53,368 bases of DNA from contig CACZQK010000067.1 of NCBI GenBank assembly GCA_902783315.1, positions 1 through 53,368 on the forward strand, given 5' to 3'. The position numbers were made by a program, and so were the translations under genes. The stretch is from an uncultured Erysipelotrichaceae bacterium. GTDB lineage: Bacteria; Bacillota_I; Bacilli_A; RF39; UBA660. The notes below the pieces were generated by a model. That model did not search any database. It had not been told where the DNA came from and saw only the letters and a list, made by a program, of their open reading frames with translations. This document shows, piece after piece, positions 27,360-36,235 of this stretch (position 1 is its first letter; each line of letters starts with the position of its first letter).

Positions 27360-29021
27360 TTACGATAATTTTTTAAAAAATATTTTCTTTCTTATTCTAT
27401 CTAAAACTTTTTTTCCAAAAACTTTCTCTGTAAGTCCACACAAAGTAGAAGAACCAAAATAAGCAAACATCCCTACAATTCCATATATTATAATAATCCA
27501 AACGTTATGAACCCGAACTTTAGAATAAAAAGGGAGAAAAAACTTAACAACAACTAAACAAACAACCATAAAAATAGAACAGCACATAACATCAATAAAA
27601 TTTTTTATAACGGACTCAAAAGAAATAGAGTATTTTTTTTGAAAAACAATTAAACAAATTATAAAAGATACAAAATAACCAATAATAGTAGCTGTAATAG
27701 CCCCATAATAAGCAGGAAATCTCATGTGAACAAAAGCAAGTAAAAATTTATTATTAAAAAAAACTTTTAATAAAACACCAACAGACAAACTAAAAAACAC
27801 AGCCTTAAAATCTTTTAGAGTTTGTAAGACAATAACAACAAATGAGAAAAGTCCAACAAATAATCCAATAAAAATATAATAAGATAATATATTAGGACCA
27901 TAAACACTATTCCCATAAAACAAAATCCAAATAGGTTTAGCAAGAAAACTAATTCCCAAAGTAAGCGGAATTGTTAAATATAACAAAATATTTAACCCTT
28001 GAATGATTTTTTTGTGAATTTGTTTTCTTTCTTCTTTAACCATACATTCAGTAAGATTAGGAATTAAGCTAACAATAATGCCTGATGAAATTGCCAAAAT
28101 AATCATGTTAAATTTTTGTGCCCACGTAGAAAAAATAGAATAAATTGTCTCGGCGTCCCCAGGAGAAAAAGATGCCTTTTTTACTAAAAATTTTACAAGA
28201 GTAACCATATCAGTATAACCATAAAAAGACTTAAATAAATCTATAAAAACAAAAGGAATAGCATAATAAAATATTTTTTTTATAATGACTTTATTTACAA
28301 TAATTGGTTCATTCACTGAATAATAAGACGCTTGAAACTTCTTTTCATTTTTTGATTTTTTTAAAAACAAATAAGCATACGAGCATAAAGCTCCAACGGT
28401 TGCTCCAAACAAAGCAACAGCAACACAATTGGTCAAATCAAAATGAAAGACTTTTAAAAAAAGAAAACTACCAAAGATAATCACTAAAACTCTTATAAAT
28501 TGCTCTAATACCTGTGAAAGAGATGAAGGTCCAAAAAAACGATGTCCTTCAAAATATCCTCTATAAACACTAAGTAGTGGTACAATTAAAATTGCAATGC
28601 CAATAACCCGAATAACAAAAGTAATATCTTGAACTGTATTTCCTCCAACAACATCTCCTAAAATTATCTTTGCTAAAAAGGGCGCAAAAAAGAACACAAA
28701 AGCAAAACAAGAAACACCTAATATTACAGCAACTCTTTTGCCTAAAACAAGTGTTTGAGCTTTAGCTTTTTGAAATCCTAAAGCTTTATACTCTGAAACA
28801 ACCTTGCTAACTGCCAGGGGAATTCCCGCAGTAGATAAAGATAATAACCCATTATAAATAGTATAAGCATACCCATAAAGAGCTCCACCTTTTTCACCAA
28901 TAATTGCATGAAATGGAACAACGTACAAAGCCCCTAAGACCTTAGACAAAACAATGCCAATAGTTGTAATAAAAGTGCCCGTTAAAAATGTTGATTTTTT
29001 CATAATAATATTCTTTTTCAT
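27360..29021 (-). CDS. MOP-superfamily flippase (MurJ/SpoVB/YtgP-like)
   Basis: About 553 aa with about 14 TM helices. The N-terminus FLTGTFITTIGIVLSKVLGALYVVPFHAIIGEKGGALYGYAY is typical of YtgP/SpoVB-type proteins. GGAGG precedes the ATG at 29021; the track start at 29045 lacks an RBS. Confidence 0.8.
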   Translation of the reverse strand: MKKNIIMKKSTFLTGTFITTIGIVLSKVLGALYVVPFHAIIGEKGGALYGYAYTIYNGLLSLSTAGIPLAVSKVVSEYKALGFQKAKAQTLVLGKRVAVILGVSCFAFVFFFAPFLAKIILGDVVGGNTVQDITFVIRVIGIAILIVPLLSVYRGYFEGHRFFGPSSLSQVLEQFIRVLVIIFGSFLFLKVFHFDLTNCVAVALFGATVGALCSYAYLFLKKSKNEKKFQASYYSVNEPIIVNKVIIKKIFYYAIPFVFIDLFKSFYGYTDMVTLVKFLVKKASFSPGDAETIYSIFSTWAQKFNMIILAISSGIIVSLIPNLTECMVKEERKQIHKKIIQGLNILLYLTIPLTLGISFLAKPIWILFYGNSVYGPNILSYYIFIGLFVGLFSFVVIVLQTLKDFKAVFFSLSVGVLLKVFFNNKFLLAFVHMRFPAYYGAITATIIGYFVSFIICLIVFQKKYSISFESVIKNFIDVMCCSIFMVVCLVVVKFFLPFYSKVRVHNVWIIIIYGIVGMFAYFGSSTLCGLTEKVFGKKVLDRIRKKIFFKKLS

Positions 29022-29084
29022 AGTGCCTCCAATATTATTATACAAAAAAACAATATCACATAAAAGTAATTTATAAATTTATCG

Positions 29085-29261
29085 TTACTTTTCTTCATAA
29101 ACAATCATAGCCGAAAAACAAAATATTTGTTCCTCACTAAAAATACCAACACCAACTTGATACTTTATATCAACAATTTCAATATCATTACTATCTATAA
29201 ATTGATTAATATCTTCCTCCAAATCTTTCTCATCCTCATCATCAAATATTTTTACTTTCAC
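29085..29261 (-). CDS. Cse60/YteV-like small sporulation protein (58 aa, GTG start, not in the ORF track)
   Basis: Hand translation gives VKVKIFDDEDEKDLEEDINQFIDSNDIEIVDIKYQVGVGIFSEEQIFCFSAMIVYEEK, matching my memory of the Cse60 family pattern (KVF-DEEHEKDLE...IKY...EQIYCFSA). GGTGAT lies upstream and an in-frame TAG lies 6 codons upstream of the GTG. Confidence 0.55.
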   Translation of the reverse strand: MKVKIFDDEDEKDLEEDINQFIDSNDIEIVDIKYQVGVGIFSEEQIFCFSAMIVYEEK

Positions 29262-29483
29262 ACAATCACCAAAAAAATACTAATACTTTTTGTTTAAAAA
29301 AAATGTAGAAAAAAGCTCTCTGTACTTTTCAAAAAACAGACAAAATATGATAAAACAAAAAAATATATGCCTCTGAAAGTTTTATAACAGATAATCTATC
29401 TTCCTCAGAAAATATGGTTAAAAGTTGCAGCAAACTAGAAGAATTGATAAAATAAATCAAAAAGAATGTTTTACAGAAATAGA

Positions 29484-29520
29484 ATAACAAAAAAAGGACA
29501 AATTTTCATTTACCCTTAAT
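29484..29520 (-). terminator. rho-independent terminator of leuS
   Basis: Minus strand reads AAGGGTAAAT-GAAA-ATTTGTCCTT (two G-U pairs) followed by TTTTTTT. Confidence 0.5.
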
Positions 29521-29523
29521 TTT

Positions 29524-32331
29524 TTATTTTACAACAATATTAACAATTTTACCTTTAATAATAATTATTTTAACAATTTCATGCCCCTCAATATGTTTTA
29601 AAACATTATCACATTCCATTGCCTTATCTTTAATTATTTGTTCATCATCATCGATAGAAATAGTAATTGTTCCACGTACTTTACCATTAACTTGAACTGC
29701 AATTTCTTTTGTATGTTCTACTATCTTTTCTTCATCATACTTAGGCCATTCACTTTCACAAATTGGTTTATAACCTATTGCTTCATTTAATTCTTCCGTA
29801 ATATGAGGAGCCATTGGATTTAATAAAACTAGCAACAAATGATAATCATCTTTAGTAATTGATTCTAAATCATCATAAGCATTTACTAAAATCATTAAAC
29901 TAGAAATAGCTGTATTGTATCCCATATGTGTGATATCATATTCTATCTTCATAATGGTTTTATTTTGTAAAACTTCTAAAGATTCCGTAAAACCTTTTTT
30001 ATCATTCAATTTATCTTTTAAACGAATTACTTTATCTAAAAATCTACGACATCCTCGTAAAGAATCAGTACTCCAAGGAGCATCCATCTGATAGTCACCC
30101 ATAAACATCTCATAGATTCTTAATGTATCAGCACCATATTCATGAATAATATCATCTGGATTAATAACATTACCTTTAGACTTACTCATTTTCTGATTAT
30201 CACTACCAAGAACCATACCATGACTAACTCTAGTCCAAATCATTTCTTTAGAAGGAACTAAACCAATATTATATAAAAATTGCACCCAAAATCTTGCATA
30301 TAACAAATGTCTTGCGGTATGTTCCATACCACCATTATACCAATCAACACGATTCCAATATTTCATTTTATCCATTGAAGCAAATTCCTTATCATTATGC
30401 GCATCCATAAAACGTAAAAAATACCAAGAAGATCCTGCCCAGTTAGGCATTGTATCTGTTTCTCTTTTTGCAGCACCTCCGCATTTTGGACACTTACAAT
30501 TTACCCAATCAGTAATATTTGCAAGAGGACTTTCACCATCTTCTGTTGGTTCATATTCAGCAACATCTGGAAGCAGTAATGGTAAATCCTCTTCATTCAT
30601 AGGTACCCAACCACATTTTGGGCAATTAATCATTGGAATTGGCTCTCCCCAAAATCTTTGCCTTGAAAAAACCCAATCTCTCATCCTATAATTAATTTTC
30701 TTTTTTCCACAATGATTATCTTCTAAAAATTGAATCATTTTATTAATAGCTTCTTCTTTATTCATACCATTAAGAAATCCAGAATTAATATGAATACCAT
30801 CTCCTACCATTGCACCAGGATTCATGGCATATTCATAAGTTCTATGATGTAAAGCATCTTTAACTTCATCAATTTGCTTTTTAGATACCCATTCTACATC
30901 AAATATTTCATCATCATCCAAACGTTGATCCCTACGCTTATCAGACTTTAACTTAAAATAAAAACCCGTAGACTCAGTATTATAATACTTACCCTTAGAA
31001 AATGCATAATAATGGTGAAAGATCTTTGGTAATTCACTAACAAATTCTAAATCATAATAACCAGTCTCTTCTTCTATTTCTCTTTTTGCACACTCTAGCG
31101 GATCTTCTCCATCATGAATAGTACCGCCAATAAAACATCTGCCACCTTTATCATGCCAGTTAAGCGTCAAAAATTTATCTTCTTTTTCATCGTAAACAAC
31201 AGCTACGATAGAAGTCTTATTTAACTCATTTTCATGAGGTTCACCAGAAACCTCTTCCAATACTTGAACAATTGGAATATTATATTTAATCGCAAACTCA
31301 TAATCTCTTTGATCATGTGCAGGAACTGCCATAATAGCACCAGTACCATAAGTAGCTAAAACATAATCACTAATATATATTGGAATCTTTTCCTTATTAA
31401 CAGGATTTATAGCATAAGCTCCCGTAAATACTCCCGTCTTATCTTTATTAAGCTCCGTACGTTCCATGTCGTTCTTAAAAGAACACTCTTTTTGATATGC
31501 TTCTACTTCTTTTTTATGCTCTTCTGTTGTGATTTCACTAACATAAGGATGTTCAGGAGCTAATACACAATAAGTGACACCATAAAGTGTATCACACCTC
31601 GTTGTAAATACTGTAAATTTCTTATCATGACCTTCTATTTTAAAATCGATATGTGCACCCTCAGATTTACCAATCCAATTGATCTGACCAAGTTTTACTC
31701 TCTCAGCAAAATTAGTCTCATCAAGTCCTTTTAATAAATCTTCTGCATAATCACTCATACGAAGCATCCATTGACTTTTTTCTTTCTGTTCTACTTGAGA
31801 ACCACATCTTTCACAAACTCCTCCTGCAGCATCCTCATTACTAAGAACACTCTTACATGTTGGACACCAATTGACAGGAATCGTATCTTTATAAGCCATG
31901 CCATGCTTATAAAATTGTAAAAACTGCCATTGTGTCCACTTATAATAATCGGAATCAGTAGTTGAAAATTCCCTACTCCAATCAAAAGAAAATCCTAATG
32001 ACTTCATTTGTTTTTTAAATGTTTTTATATTCTCCTTAACAGCCTCCTTAGGATGTATATGATTTTTTATAGCATATTGTTCAGCAGGCGCCCCAAAAGC
32101 ATCCCATCCCATAGGATATAGAACATTATACCCTTGTAATCTCATCATACGAGCCATAGCATCCTGAGCAGTATAACTCCTAACATGTCCAACATGTAAT
32201 CCAGAACCACTTGGATATGGAAACTCAACTAAAATATAATAAGGTTTCTTCTTATTATTTTCCTTTACTTCAAAAGTATGATGCTTATCCCAATAATTCT
32301 GCCACTTTTCCTCAATATTTCTATAATTCAT
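29524..32331 (-). CDS. leuS: leucine--tRNA ligase with an inserted Nudix hydrolase domain
   Basis: 935 aa with HVGH (HIGH motif), KMSKSKGN, the CP1 editing domain (TTRCDTLYG...AVPAHDQRDYEFA) and zinc-knuckle cysteines. Residues ~362-507 are an extra domain with a perfect Nudix box, G403-x5-E-x7-REIEEETGY. Confidence 0.93.
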   Translation of the reverse strand: MNYRNIEEKWQNYWDKHHTFEVKENNKKKPYYILVEFPYPSGSGLHVGHVRSYTAQDAMARMMRLQGYNVLYPMGWDAFGAPAEQYAIKNHIHPKEAVKENIKTFKKQMKSLGFSFDWSREFSTTDSDYYKWTQWQFLQFYKHGMAYKDTIPVNWCPTCKSVLSNEDAAGGVCERCGSQVEQKEKSQWMLRMSDYAEDLLKGLDETNFAERVKLGQINWIGKSEGAHIDFKIEGHDKKFTVFTTRCDTLYGVTYCVLAPEHPYVSEITTEEHKKEVEAYQKECSFKNDMERTELNKDKTGVFTGAYAINPVNKEKIPIYISDYVLATYGTGAIMAVPAHDQRDYEFAIKYNIPIVQVLEEVSGEPHENELNKTSIVAVVYDEKEDKFLTLNWHDKGGRCFIGGTIHDGEDPLECAKREIEEETGYYDLEFVSELPKIFHHYYAFSKGKYYNTESTGFYFKLKSDKRRDQRLDDDEIFDVEWVSKKQIDEVKDALHHRTYEYAMNPGAMVGDGIHINSGFLNGMNKEEAINKMIQFLEDNHCGKKKINYRMRDWVFSRQRFWGEPIPMINCPKCGWVPMNEEDLPLLLPDVAEYEPTEDGESPLANITDWVNCKCPKCGGAAKRETDTMPNWAGSSWYFLRFMDAHNDKEFASMDKMKYWNRVDWYNGGMEHTARHLLYARFWVQFLYNIGLVPSKEMIWTRVSHGMVLGSDNQKMSKSKGNVINPDDIIHEYGADTLRIYEMFMGDYQMDAPWSTDSLRGCRRFLDKVIRLKDKLNDKKGFTESLEVLQNKTIMKIEYDITHMGYNTAISSLMILVNAYDDLESITKDDYHLLLVLLNPMAPHITEELNEAIGYKPICESEWPKYDEEKIVEHTKEIAVQVNGKVRGTITISIDDDEQIIKDKAMECDNVLKHIEGHEIVKIIIIKGKIVNIVVK

Positions 32332-32677
32332 TTTTAATCATTCCTTTCTTTTTATAAAATAAATACACCAAATGATAACTTAGCAATATAGTAACAAATG
32401 TCAATAAAAACCCACCAATAATTTCTAAGAAAAAATTTGAAAGATTCATAACCACAGTAACAATTAATGCAATATCAAAAGAGGAGACTAATGCAATAAG
32501 TTGCAAAAGTTGATTGTATTTTATATTATCGACATCTAAATGATACTTATAAATCAAATAAGTGACCTCAATAGGCTGTCGACTCTTTTTTTTCTTTTTT
32601 GCCCTTCTAATAACAAATATTTGATATAAAACAAAAACAAAAATAAAACTCAATAAAAACAAAAATAATTCTTCCAT
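32321..32677 (-). CDS. small 3-TM membrane protein, function unknown, first gene of the leuS transcript
   Basis: 118 aa. Its stop overlaps the leuS start by 11 nt. It lies directly downstream of the Leu T-box terminator. Confidence 0.55.
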   Translation of the reverse strand: MEELFLFLLSFIFVFVLYQIFVIRRAKKKKKSRQPIEVTYLIYKYHLDVDNIKYNQLLQLIALVSSFDIALIVTVVMNLSNFFLEIIGGFLLTFVTILLSYHLVYLFYKKKGMIKNEL

Positions 32678-32688
32678 ATATTCCTTTC

Positions 32689-32890
32689 AAAAAAAAACGT
32701 CCCATCATAAGGACGAATTATTCGCGGTACCACCTTAATTTGTAATAATATTACACTCTTATTATTGATAAAGGAATTACCCTTTTTGCTCTAAAGATAA
32801 GTTCATAAAATACTCATATCTGTTTTCACCGACCACAGACTCTCTACAAAAAGTAAAATTTATTACTACTTCTCCATCAACACAAAACAT
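32689..32890 (-). promoter_or_regulatory. T-box leader, leucine specifier (CUU)
   Basis: Minus strand has a GUAGAGAG box, a specifier loop GAACUUAUC (CUU at 32799-32801, followed by A) and the T-box AAAUUAAGGUGGUACCGCGA. The terminator is CGUCC-UUAUGAUG-GGACG plus U9. An extended -10 (TGtTATAAT) lies at 32897-32905. Confidence 0.85.
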
Positions 32891-32963
32891 AAAAATATTA
32901 TAACACAAAAGAAAAAAATACCAACAAAAAGAGAAAAAAAAAGAAAAAAAAATTGCAAGTTTT

Positions 32964-33692
32964 TTAATAATTATAATTAATATCTAAAAACATCGAAACA
33001 AAATCTTGGCATTTAGAAACATCACCATTCAAAAAATTATCTGTCCGACTCTCAGAAAGATACATTTTCAGTCCTTTCTCTAATTCAAAAGAAGAAGTAT
33101 CCCCACTAATTTTAAGATTTCTTAGATAAGTACACATCTTAATTTTTTGCTTGTTACTTAAATCAGCATAAATACCATCTTCTTTAGAAATTTCAATTAA
33201 AAATCTTAGCAAAGCATTATCATCAAAAAAAGTATTTCTTAAATAATCTAAAACCGATCCAGCCTGAGACATAATGCTTTTTTGAAAATGGGAAAGTTGT
33301 TTCAAAACAATTTCTCCTCCTTCTTTAGCAACTCTTAAAAGAAAATCATAATTATCAAGCAACCTTGTACAAATTAAGTCAATATCTTGTAGAGTAACCC
33401 CCTCAACAGAGTCAATCCAACAGCGAGAATTCCCATCATAAAAAACTAAATAAGAATAATTTCTAGCCAACTGAAAAAAAACTGCCTTTTCTGATTCTTC
33501 AAAATCCATCAAAGATTCAGATAAAAAAGAATTATCAAAATCACCTCTAATAAGATGTAAAATCATAGAATCATATAAAGAAACCCTATAATTATCACCA
33601 TTTTTTGCCAAAGAAATATCATTAAAATAACGAAGAATAGTTTCTTGTTCTAACTTTTCCAGTCTTTCCAAAGAATATGTAGTCAAATTCAC
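32964..33692 (-). CDS. hypothetical cytoplasmic protein
   Basis: 242 aa with no motifs I recognise. It lies 13 nt downstream of the GH31 gene and is probably co-transcribed. Confidence 0.5.
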   Translation of the reverse strand: MNLTTYSLERLEKLEQETILRYFNDISLAKNGDNYRVSLYDSMILHLIRGDFDNSFLSESLMDFEESEKAVFFQLARNYSYLVFYDGNSRCWIDSVEGVTLQDIDLICTRLLDNYDFLLRVAKEGGEIVLKQLSHFQKSIMSQAGSVLDYLRNTFFDDNALLRFLIEISKEDGIYADLSNKQKIKMCTYLRNLKISGDTSSFELEKGLKMYLSESRTDNFLNGDVSKCQDFVSMFLDINYNY

Positions 33693-33705
33693 AAAATATC
33701 ATCTC

Positions 33706-36135
33706 CTAAAATTCATTTATATAGTCTAAAAGTTTTAAAAATAAGTTAATATGTTCTTTAGATAATCCGACTTTTCTCAATTTTCGAATACCTATACGTT
33801 TTTTACTTATAGCTAAGTTCCCAAAAATAATATTTGCAATTTCTTCTTTCAAATATGTACTAATTTGTAAATCCATTAATATGCTATCTAAATCATCATT
33901 AATTAATCTTACAGCATCTATTTCAATGTCCTTTCCTTTACAATTTATTGTTAATTGACCAATAGTAGGAACGTTTTTCACCTCAACAATAAAATCATTA
34001 CCTTCTATATAGCTTTCGGAACTAAGCTTTTCAGAATTAAAATAAATAGTAACACTATCGGCTTGTTTTGTATTTCGAAATACCATCTTATAATTACGCT
34101 TTTCAGGAACAATACCACTTTTTCCATCAATAGAACGGATAATGACTGTATAGTTATTTCGTAAATAATTATAATCAATAGAAGTCTTCAAATAATATCC
34201 CTGACGATATAAAGAAGTAATACCATCATCCTCATATAAAGTATAAGTATTACTAGCTCCTGGAAAAATCTGAATTTCCAAATCAGTAGGAAGTCCTATA
34301 TTATTATAGTCACTCTTATTTGAAAAAGGAATAATAGAACCAGAATGAGCAAAAACTGGATAATCTGCTTCCTTGAAAAAGGAAACATATTTCTTATTAC
34401 CAGGAAATTTCTTTCCTGTAACCAAATCATACCAAGTACCATCAGGAACAAAAAAGCGATGGATAGTTCGGTTCATAATAGGATCTTTAGCATCCAAAAT
34501 AGGACATACCAACAATTGCGAACCAAAATAATACTGATTTTTATATAAATCATCATCGTAAACCCACATATAATTGTAATAAAAAGGCTGAATAATAGGA
34601 GTCCCAGACCTTGTATAATTATATGCTTCTGTATACAGATAAGGAATTAAACGATGACGAAGTCTCAAATAATCAGCGGCAATATTTTCTGTTTTGGCAT
34701 CCCAAACCCAAGGTTCTTTCTTATAATACCTACCTCGAGCACCATGAAAACGTAAAATAGGTCCAAAGGTACTAAGCTGAACATACCTAAGATAAAGTTC
34801 CCCATCTTCAATTCCACCATGGTTTCCTGCAACATCATGACTCCACCAACTAACACCAATATTTGCAGCATTCAAATACAGAAAAGGCAAATTTTTCAAA
34901 CATTTCCAACTAATTTCACTACTTCCACCATACAAAACTGGATAACGATGAGGAGCAACAATTGCACCACGGGCCAATAATAAAGGTCTCTTAGTACTAG
35001 TCCGCCCTGAATCTAAATACATATAATGATTAAGAGACCATAATTTCATAATATCATCTCGACCATCATAATCATTCCAAAAAAAGTCAATTCCTAAAGA
35101 TTCTAATGGATGCAAAAACACCTTAAACAAAACATCTAACAATTTTGGATTTAAAGGATCAAATTTAATAACAGTAGGTTCTTGAAACTGTAAAAATTCA
35201 GCGGCCTGAGGATAATATTGTTCATGAGGATAAATACCATTCATTGGATTAATACAAAGGCCCACACGTATTCCACGACGATGAAATTCATTAATCATCG
35301 CCTGAGGATTAGGAAATAATTCTGGATTAAAAGTAAAGCCAGTTTTTAAATCTTTGTTATCCCCAATATTACGCAAATGCCAATCATGATCAAAAATCAT
35401 AACAGAAATAGGAATACGTTTTTTCTCAAAGTGACGTATTAAATCTTTAGCGCCTTGCTCATCATATTGAATATTTCTACTCCACCAATTTCCCAAGGCA
35501 AAACGTGGAAGTAATGCCGGTGCTCCAGTCATTTTAAAATAATCAAAAAGAACTTGTTTAAAATCCTTATCATACATAAAAACATAAATATCTAAATAAT
35601 TTGGAATAGGATCTTCAAGAGTACCATCCTCCATAATAATTTTACTAAAAGAATCATCAATAGAGACAAAACCATCCAAAGAATATAATCCCTTCTGCAT
35701 AATGATAGGGGTATCCACGTCAACGCTTATCATATTTCCAAGCATATTTCTAGCCTCAGGATGACCAACATACCAATCTTTACTTCGATCTCTATCTCTA
35801 GAAAGCAATGTTATTTTTAAATTTTTCATTGGATCAACCCTAGTTCCAATAAAAGGCTGCCCTTTTATATAATTTAAAGAAAAATACTTCGTAGTAATTT
35901 CAACAACATTAGCATCTTGGCGAACCGAAAAATCAGGCAAACCAACCTGCCTATTTTTTATTAATTGAGTGGGTTTATCATTAAATTGACCAGAAGGAGA
36001 AAACTCAAGTCGTACAACTCTTTCTGTAATAATAGAAAAACGATAGTTGTCCCCTTGAACTACAACCTTTTTATCACTAGCAGATTTTGAATAATCAACT
36101 TCAAACTGTTTCCCAAGTGGATACATACCAAACAC
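33706..36135 (-). CDS. glycoside hydrolase family 31 (alpha-glucosidase/xylosidase-like), cytoplasmic
   Basis: 809 aa with a GIDFFWNDYDG (nucleophile Asp region) and WWSHDVAGNHGG (acid/base Asp region) layout typical of GH31. No signal peptide. The C-terminus carries an extra ~70-aa helical tail. Confidence 0.8.
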   Translation of the reverse strand: MFGMYPLGKQFEVDYSKSASDKKVVVQGDNYRFSIITERVVRLEFSPSGQFNDKPTQLIKNRQVGLPDFSVRQDANVVEITTKYFSLNYIKGQPFIGTRVDPMKNLKITLLSRDRDRSKDWYVGHPEARNMLGNMISVDVDTPIIMQKGLYSLDGFVSIDDSFSKIIMEDGTLEDPIPNYLDIYVFMYDKDFKQVLFDYFKMTGAPALLPRFALGNWWSRNIQYDEQGAKDLIRHFEKKRIPISVMIFDHDWHLRNIGDNKDLKTGFTFNPELFPNPQAMINEFHRRGIRVGLCINPMNGIYPHEQYYPQAAEFLQFQEPTVIKFDPLNPKLLDVLFKVFLHPLESLGIDFFWNDYDGRDDIMKLWSLNHYMYLDSGRTSTKRPLLLARGAIVAPHRYPVLYGGSSEISWKCLKNLPFLYLNAANIGVSWWSHDVAGNHGGIEDGELYLRYVQLSTFGPILRFHGARGRYYKKEPWVWDAKTENIAADYLRLRHRLIPYLYTEAYNYTRSGTPIIQPFYYNYMWVYDDDLYKNQYYFGSQLLVCPILDAKDPIMNRTIHRFFVPDGTWYDLVTGKKFPGNKKYVSFFKEADYPVFAHSGSIIPFSNKSDYNNIGLPTDLEIQIFPGASNTYTLYEDDGITSLYRQGYYLKTSIDYNYLRNNYTVIIRSIDGKSGIVPEKRNYKMVFRNTKQADSVTIYFNSEKLSSESYIEGNDFIVEVKNVPTIGQLTINCKGKDIEIDAVRLINDDLDSILMDLQISTYLKEEIANIIFGNLAISKKRIGIRKLRKVGLSKEHINLFLKLLDYINEF

Positions 36136-36235
36136 CTTCTTATTATTCTAATAACATAATATCATATAAAATACAAAAACACCATGAAAAATAATGAAAG
36201 AAAAAAAATTTTAACAATTAACAAAAAGAAATTAA

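Noticed and set aside
30811-31248. The LeuS insertion as an intein or mobile-element remnant
   Set aside because: There is no Cys/Ser/Thr at the N-junction, no His-Asn plus Cys/Ser/Thr C-junction, and no endonuclease motifs. The segment carries a perfect Nudix box instead.
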